Positions 57,082 to 64,000 of a stretch of 64,000 nucleotides of DNA are shown here, piece after piece (within the stretch, counting starts at the first letter, position 1; the number at the start of each line of letters is the position of its first letter). The notes beneath the pieces are model-generated. The model saw nothing but the letters and a program-made list of their open reading frames with translations. It was not told where the DNA came from and made no database searches. The position numbers and the translations under genes were made by a program. The stretch comes from Eledone cirrhosa. Taxonomy: Eukaryota. Location: positions 105,338,001-105,402,000 of the forward strand of contig OZ024743.1 in NCBI GenBank assembly GCA_964016885.1. Direction: 5' to 3'.

Positions 57082-57270
57082 AATTGGCAGTATCGGTAGA
57101 GAGTCAAAAGCGATGCTTTGCAGCAAAGAGTTATGGCCCTTTATGATCTGAGCTCAAATCCCGCCGAGGTTTACTTTACCTTTCATCCTTACGGGGTCGA
57201 TAAAATAAAGTACCAGTAATGCACTGGGGTAATTGCTGGCCTTGTGCCAAACGTAGGAACAATTATTATT
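57082..57270 (+). mobile_element. tRNA-derived SINE copy
   Basis: Same family motifs. Confidence 0.88.
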
Positions 57271-58928
57271 ATTATTCTTACATTGCACATCTACAAATAC
57301 ATTATCTTTTCTAATATTTGATAGAGATTTAGGTACTAATTTGAGCTAGTCAAGCGGCCATTTAGAGGCTATTTCGACTATTAAGGTTCTTTTAGGACTA
57401 TATTATCTAATTCAGATTTCCCTAGTTAAATAAGACAGATTTACTTGCTCTTTTTACCATCGTCAACGCCCTAATAATGCAACTTATTTAAGTATAAGAC
57501 GTAGCCCAGTATTTTCATATCTAATATATATCTGCATTCAATAATAAACGGCGAATATTAAAAACAAAATGATCAATGATGCACAGTAAGTTTTGAGTTT
57601 TGTGCAAATGAATAAAACATTGTTTTGATAAAATAACGAAAAATAAAAAGCTGATATTTCATAGATTTTCATATGTGAAGTACATACGGTTGAGATGTCT
57701 GGCAAATATGAAATTATATAGTTAAAAAATAAAAAGAATAGTATAGACAGAACACAATTAAAAAAAAAGCAATGCAGTACGAAATGAAGAGGGAGCAATG
57801 AAATGAGAGTTTTTAAAGAACATAATTCTTATAGAATATTAATTTGTTTCAATTTTAACTAAAGAATGTAGCAGGTGTTTGACGTCTAGAAAAGCATTCA
57901 ACACTAATACTGTTTTTCGTGAAACCGAAGCGATTCTTTCAAAAACCTCATTACACTTATGTGTCTGAGACATTGATTATTCACAATGAAATTATAATTT
58001 CATCTAGAGCACACAATTCGCTGGAAAACTTATGCGCAACATCTAGTCTCTGTTCTGCTGGTTTGAACTTGAAATATCGATTTCGGTTTATGTGATATTG
58101 GCTCGAACTATTTGGAGGTGAAACAGACAATCACCCTGTGTATGTGTGTGTATGTGTTTGTAAATAAAAAAATTACACGGTCTGATCCTCCCGTCATCTC
58201 GATCGTCTATGTCACAGGATATGGGATATTTGTTTTCAGTAACAATCAGTGGTGTCTGGTGTTATTCTAACTACACATAATCCGTGGAGAATTGATAGGC
58301 TGACGAAAACTGGTAAATCAGTGGGAGTTTCGAAATCAATGTCAATACGTAGGAGATTGAGAACTGAAATTCGATGAGTATTGGATATCAACGATTTAAC
58401 ATAATTCAAAATATTTAACGTGGATTTCGACTTATTGAAAGAGCACTTGAATTGTAAAACACGAAAATTGTAGATTGAATGCCTTTCATCTCGTCTCTGA
58501 ATTTAAGTCCCATGCGCTTGATATTGATCCTTATAAAATCGACAAAAATAAGTGACTTAGCTGTAGTGAAGTGTATGCACTTAATAATGACATACATTGG
58601 AAAATTTAATTTGATAACTTCACAATGAATAGTTATATTTTATTAAATATATAACGATTCCGTATATCATACAGCACATATTAGCATACATTGTTCCAGT
58701 TACACAGGCTTAGTTTTGTTATCTCACTAATATATATTGATAGCAATTTATATGAATTTGCGATCAAATGCATTTACTGTAATTTTTTAGAGAGAAATAA
58801 AACCAGTGTACACGTATAAGTACGTACATACATACAAAGACAAAGATTCACGCACACACATATATACACACTCATATATATACACATATGTATATATCCA
58901 TATATGTAAATAAATATATATACATATG

Positions 58929-59000
<72 letters not shown>

Positions 59001-59005
59001 TATAT

Positions 59006-59063
<58 letters not shown>

Positions 59064-59064
<1 letters not shown>

Positions 59065-59175
59065 CTGAGTTCAAATCCCGCCGAGGTTCACTTTGCCTTT
59101 CATCCTTACGGGGTCGATAAAATAAAGTACCAGTAAAGTACTGGTTATTGCTGGCCTTGTGCCTAAAATAGAAAC

Positions 59176-59180
<5 letters not shown>
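59064..59180 (+). mobile_element. 5'-truncated SINE copy inside (TA)n
   Basis: Starts at B box CTGAGTTCAAATCCCGCCGAGG. Confidence 0.88.
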
Positions 59181-59243
<63 letters not shown>

Positions 59244-59576
59244 GTAATGGATTGATAGAACAGGGATGTGCGGACCCCACCATGGTCTGTGTACATGGGC
59301 GGGCCGTCGAAGAAACAACACCACGCGGCCGGCCCCCTGTATCATAAGAAGACATTTTTTCTTTTGGTGAAATTATTAGATCTTTCCAAATTTTAAAGTT
59401 TTCTTTGGGACTTTCAATGTTTATTTTAGTTTTTGCTGTCTGAAGAGCTCGCGCCGTCATAATTGATTGTCCTCAGTGAAATATGTATAATGGAATTTTA
59501 AATAAACCTGAATCAACTAATATGGCCTCCTATCGTAAGGTTTTCTATAGTGTTTCACACGGGTGGTAAACATATT

Positions 59577-59766
59577 AGGAAAAGAAATTGAAAATGCAAC
59601 TGGAGTCTTTTAAGAATATTTATTTAGTTTACCGATTTCACAGTTCTTATGATTTTCAAAAGTAAAATTGAGATGGAGGGTTCATTTGAAAATCATAAGA
59701 ACCGTGAAGCCGGTAAAGTAAATAGATATTCTTAAAAATCTCCAGTTGCATTTCCAATTCTTTTTT

Positions 59767-59808
<42 letters not shown>

Positions 59809-59945
59809 CAAAGGAATTGTGGTAAGGAACCAAATGGACCATAACGCACCAGAGTACTCAATACTTAGGGTAGTAGAGTGGGAAATAGGAACAAGTATGA
59901 CCCCGACGGCAAAGCTCAAGCCGTTTCGACGGCTATTTCTGGACT

Positions 59946-59986
<41 letters not shown>

Positions 59987-60300
59987 CGTAAGGAACCAGA
60001 TGGACCATAACGCGCCAATACTTAGGGTAGTAGACTGGGTAATAGGAAAATGTATGACCCCGACGACAGAGCTCAAGCCGTTTCGACGAGTCCAGAAATA
60101 GCTGTCGAAACGGCTTGAGCTCTACCGTCGGGGGTCATACATTTTCCTATATATATAGATGTGAGAAAAACCACAGACCCTCCATCTCAACTCACCTTTT
60201 GAAAAGCAGAAGAACTGCGAAATCGGTAAAGGAACCAAATAAATATATATATTTTAAAAAAAAATAAGACTTCAGTTGCATTTTCGATTTCATCTCTTTT
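59577..60300. mobile_element. Nested pLTR-like foldbacks of two families
   Basis: Inverted arms 59577-59660/59685-59770 with a third copy at 60175-60300; second family direct repeats 59824-59948/59990-60088 plus inversion 60089-60150; all junctions in (TA)n. Confidence 0.75.
60195..60232 (+). ncRNA. Minimal type I hammerhead with compensatory U3-A8 core
   Basis: cctt TTGAAAA gcag-aagaa-ctgc GAAA tcgg TA aagg. Confidence 0.7.
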
Positions 60301-60364
60301 TCTTTATACTTCCACTCGTGTAGGACACCTCGGTTATTTTTCATTTTGTAAAAAAAAACCTCAC

Positions 60365-60447
<83 letters not shown>

Positions 60448-61013
60448 AAGGTTGCAACAAATGCAAAAAAATTACTGTAATAACTGTAAGGCTGCAAAAA
60501 ATTACTGTAATAACAGTCGATTATTTTAGATAAAACTTTAGAGAAACGGATAAACCTTCTTGGAAACGAAGAACGTCAACGGAATCATAAAGAACTTGAG
60601 TTACAAAAGAATACCAAACGTTCTCTTGTTCAGCGAGATGGATAGCATAGAAATGTTAGATTGTCATGGATCAATTACAAAGACAACATGAAAATTAATC
60701 TTTTAGTAACTAATATATATTATAAAACATTTGAGAAGACGGCCTCGGATCTGGAGGACTGAATATCTATGTATCGTAATGAGATCAGGAACTTCACGTC
60801 AAGTTGTATGAATCGGCTATAAGAAGCAAGAGGTAAGAGAAAAGCATCATCAATTTTACCAGCAACATTTTCCACTAAATTCCCCCCACTTGCACTAGCT
60901 TGTGGAGTAATCCTTCGCAAGACTGAAATGTCATGTTCGAGATAAGCATCCAAACTGAATGAACTGAATAAGTTACTTCAATCATCATCCGTCGAACTGA
61001 AAGGGAGAGCCCA

Positions 61014-61167
<154 letters not shown>

Positions 61168-61177
61168 ACACACACAC

Positions 61178-61230
<53 letters not shown>

Positions 61231-62416
61231 TTAAAACAATGAAATAAAAAATCAAGTCATTAGAGATATACTTCACTGCTTTACGATCGTATCTAGATGG
61301 TGATAATACATTGTTATTGATCTATGTAAGTTTACACACTATCAGATAGAGAGAATATTTACTTACATGCATATCACCAGCTGTTTTCAAAAGCATTAAT
61401 AATTTTATTCAATAATAATTTTACTCAGAATTAGTATCATGTCCATATTTGGAGGTAGTTGAAGAATAAACGAATCAAATTGTTTTTTTCATATGGTGTT
61501 AAGATGAAAAGTAATACACTTTAGTTGAGGTCATGACCCTTTGAAAGGAATGGTTGAAAGGTGTTAGTAGAAATGGCATAAAAATCTATTAGGAAGGAAG
61601 GGGATTGTCAAACTGATAGTTGAATGTATCTTGTATAGTGAATTTAAAAGGAATGTCAAAATAATTGGTGATTAGTGTTGTATTGAGTTTTAAGGTGAAT
61701 ATAAATTAATGTTATGGCTAGGAAAGATAGTATATTAAAAGATGAAAATTATAATAAGATAATGTGATATAGTAATGCGATAATATACAACTTGACACAC
61801 AGAATATAGTCCGGTGTGGTAAATTAAACTCAGTATAATATAACATATTATACGCTCTAAAATATTACTAAGTATGTTTATGCATAAACAATCAAACTCA
61901 GATAAGTACATGTTGGCATAGTTAAAACACACACATTTCATAGTCTACAAAGTGCACATATTCACACCACATATAGAGAGAGGTACAGTTATATTGATAT
62001 CTAACCAAAATATACATACGATACAAACCTAAATACACATCCACACGCATGCATATAATCATTTATATATATATACGCATACATATCTATATCCACATAT
62101 ACACATCTATACCCCCATATATACATATACATATACACACATATATATATACACAAACACACACATACATACATACACATATACATACACATATACACAT
62201 ATATACATATATATACACATATATATATATACATATATATATATATACATATATATATATACATACACACACATATATATACATATACAATACACACACA
62301 CACACACATACACATATATATATATATATATATACAGACTTCTTACATGTGCACATACTCATATATAAACATCCATACACCTATACTCACATATACACAT
62401 ACAAAAACACATCTAT

Positions 62417-62539
<123 letters not shown>

Positions 62540-62716
62540 CACATACACACACACATACATATATATATATATACACATATATATACACACCCAAATATAT
62601 ATATATATATATATACATACATACACACATACATACACAAGCATATACATATATACACATATACACATACATAAACATATGTATATACACACAAACATAT
62701 ATATATATATACACAC

Positions 62717-62819
<103 letters not shown>

Positions 62820-62869
62820 AATATATACACACATAAATATATTTCCATATCATACATAGATGTTTATTT

Positions 62870-64000
62870 TCACTCATGCAATTACGGGTGGCTGTGTACC
62901 TTGTTGCCTTTAGTAATTAACGCATAAATCTAAGGAAGCTAAAACATTAAAAGGCAAAAATAAGCACGAAAGCATATACTTAGGGGAAAGAGGTACTAAT
63001 ACATGTTATTCTATACGGAATTATAGTGAGTTGCTATTTAGAATATTTAATTAGGTTTATAGTATTTAATTAGGTTTATAATATTTAATTAGGTTTATAG
63101 TATTTAAATATTTTTCGTATACGGTGATTACAGACTATGCTCAATTCCTGTCTTTTATTTAATAAATCGTCCTTAGATTTAGTAATTTCCAAGATCTCTC
63201 CTGAACACAATCCGCATTCCCTCCTGTTTCCAAGATATGGAGTTTTTTGTAGAATGGTGTTCCACGATAACTTAAAATGTATTTTTTTCTTTTTATAATT
63301 ATATACCGCTTCAGCTAAAGATGTGGTGTTTGCTAGTTTAGTATTGTTGAAACTACTAGCGTGTGTGTAAAATCTTTTCTTAAATGTGTTTGATGTAGAT
63401 CCTATATATGTTTTGTTGGAGTCTGCAGTGGACACAATGCATTTATATACTACATTATTAATCAAACAATTTCCATTTAAGCGGCAAGCGATTCTATTTT
63501 TGCAATTACAGCAATACGTAAGATGGTTTTGGGGGGTGCCTATACTATTCTCATTTATCCTTGAGCTATTCCTATTGTAATTAATGATAGCAGGAGAATG
63601 AAGGCTGCTTGGTGGGTGGTTTGGTGCTAGAGTTGTATTGTAATTGTGTGTTCTGTTGTCTTTGTGTTGGTAATATGGGTGGCTGTGATTTCTAGGTTGA
63701 AGGATTGTATTATTTGTCTTTTTAAAAGGTGCAGTCCTATTTAAATTATGTTGCGGTGGAGTAGTCATATTATCTTTAGGTTTATAAATGTTGTAGTTAT
63801 ATTTTGTTTGAGATTGTTTGATGTAGAGTATGAGAATTTAACAGTATATTTGTTAAATATTTGGTGGTATCTGTGGTTTGGTGGAAAATGTTTATGTAGT
63901 ATTTCAAATAATTTTTGGGGGACTTGTCCAATAGTTTGCAGGTTGAAGGGTGCGTTTTACCGTGTTATGTTTCTTTTGCGGTTTTTAGTTAAGTTTTTAT
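62870..64000 (-). mobile_element. Penelope-like element 3' part: RT thumb/linker plus C-terminal GIY-YIG endonuclease (runs off the window)
   Basis: 63780-64000 translates RKRNIT..NAPFN...HKHFPPNHRYHQIFNKYTVKFSYS; ORF 63085-63768 has CNCKNRIAC, VVY...YIGST..FKKRFYTH, CGLC, LLNKRQEL; three 19-bp tandem repeats at the stop; (TA)n downstream. Confidence 0.88.

Noticed and set aside
59438-59492. CTGAAGA...GAAA tatg TA
   Set aside because: No convincing stem I or stem II pairing
60600-61010. Possible relic of a Naiad-type PLE reverse transcriptase (KLYE..SIINF..IP..A.GV)
   Set aside because: Similarity is weak and spread across frames; needs a profile search
63085-63768. Selenocysteine recoding as in some Naiad PLEs
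   Set aside because: Conserved Cys positions are ordinary Cys codons and the endonuclease is C-terminal

Overview
AT-rich eukaryotic DNA dense in (TA)n/(CA)n/(TC)n/(TTA)n microsatellites. The repeat content suggests an invertebrate, probably a cephalopod (Octopus-like); this is inference. No host gene exon can be supported and most ORF-track entries are microsatellite artefacts. The window is transposon-derived: (1) four L1/Tx1-type LINEs on + (three head-to-tail at 29.85-41.98 kb, one with an intact 1137-aa ORF2 at 48.84-54.74 kb), each ending in a microsatellite tail; (2) two R4/Dong-type RT + restriction-like endonuclease LINEs on -, sitting in (TAA)n; (3) a Penelope-like element with C-terminal GIY-YIG at the right edge; (4) RTE fragments, about 10 copies of a tRNA-derived SINE, a non-autonomous Helitron and a 2-kb 15-bp minisatellite. 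Two less obvious signals stand out. First, at least seven sequence-unrelated short elements embedded in (TA)n carry type I hammerhead-ribozyme folds, often in tandem or inverted Penelope-pLTR-like arrangements, with family-wide core variants (U3-A8, U4A, U.U or A.A at 10.1/11.1, a ~70-nt loop II). Second, the Tx1-like LINEs show positionally conserved splice signals: a 5'UTR intron, a donor overlapping the ORF1 stop and an acceptor at the ORF2 stop, as if ORF2 lay inside an intron. All structure calls were made by eye and are untested.
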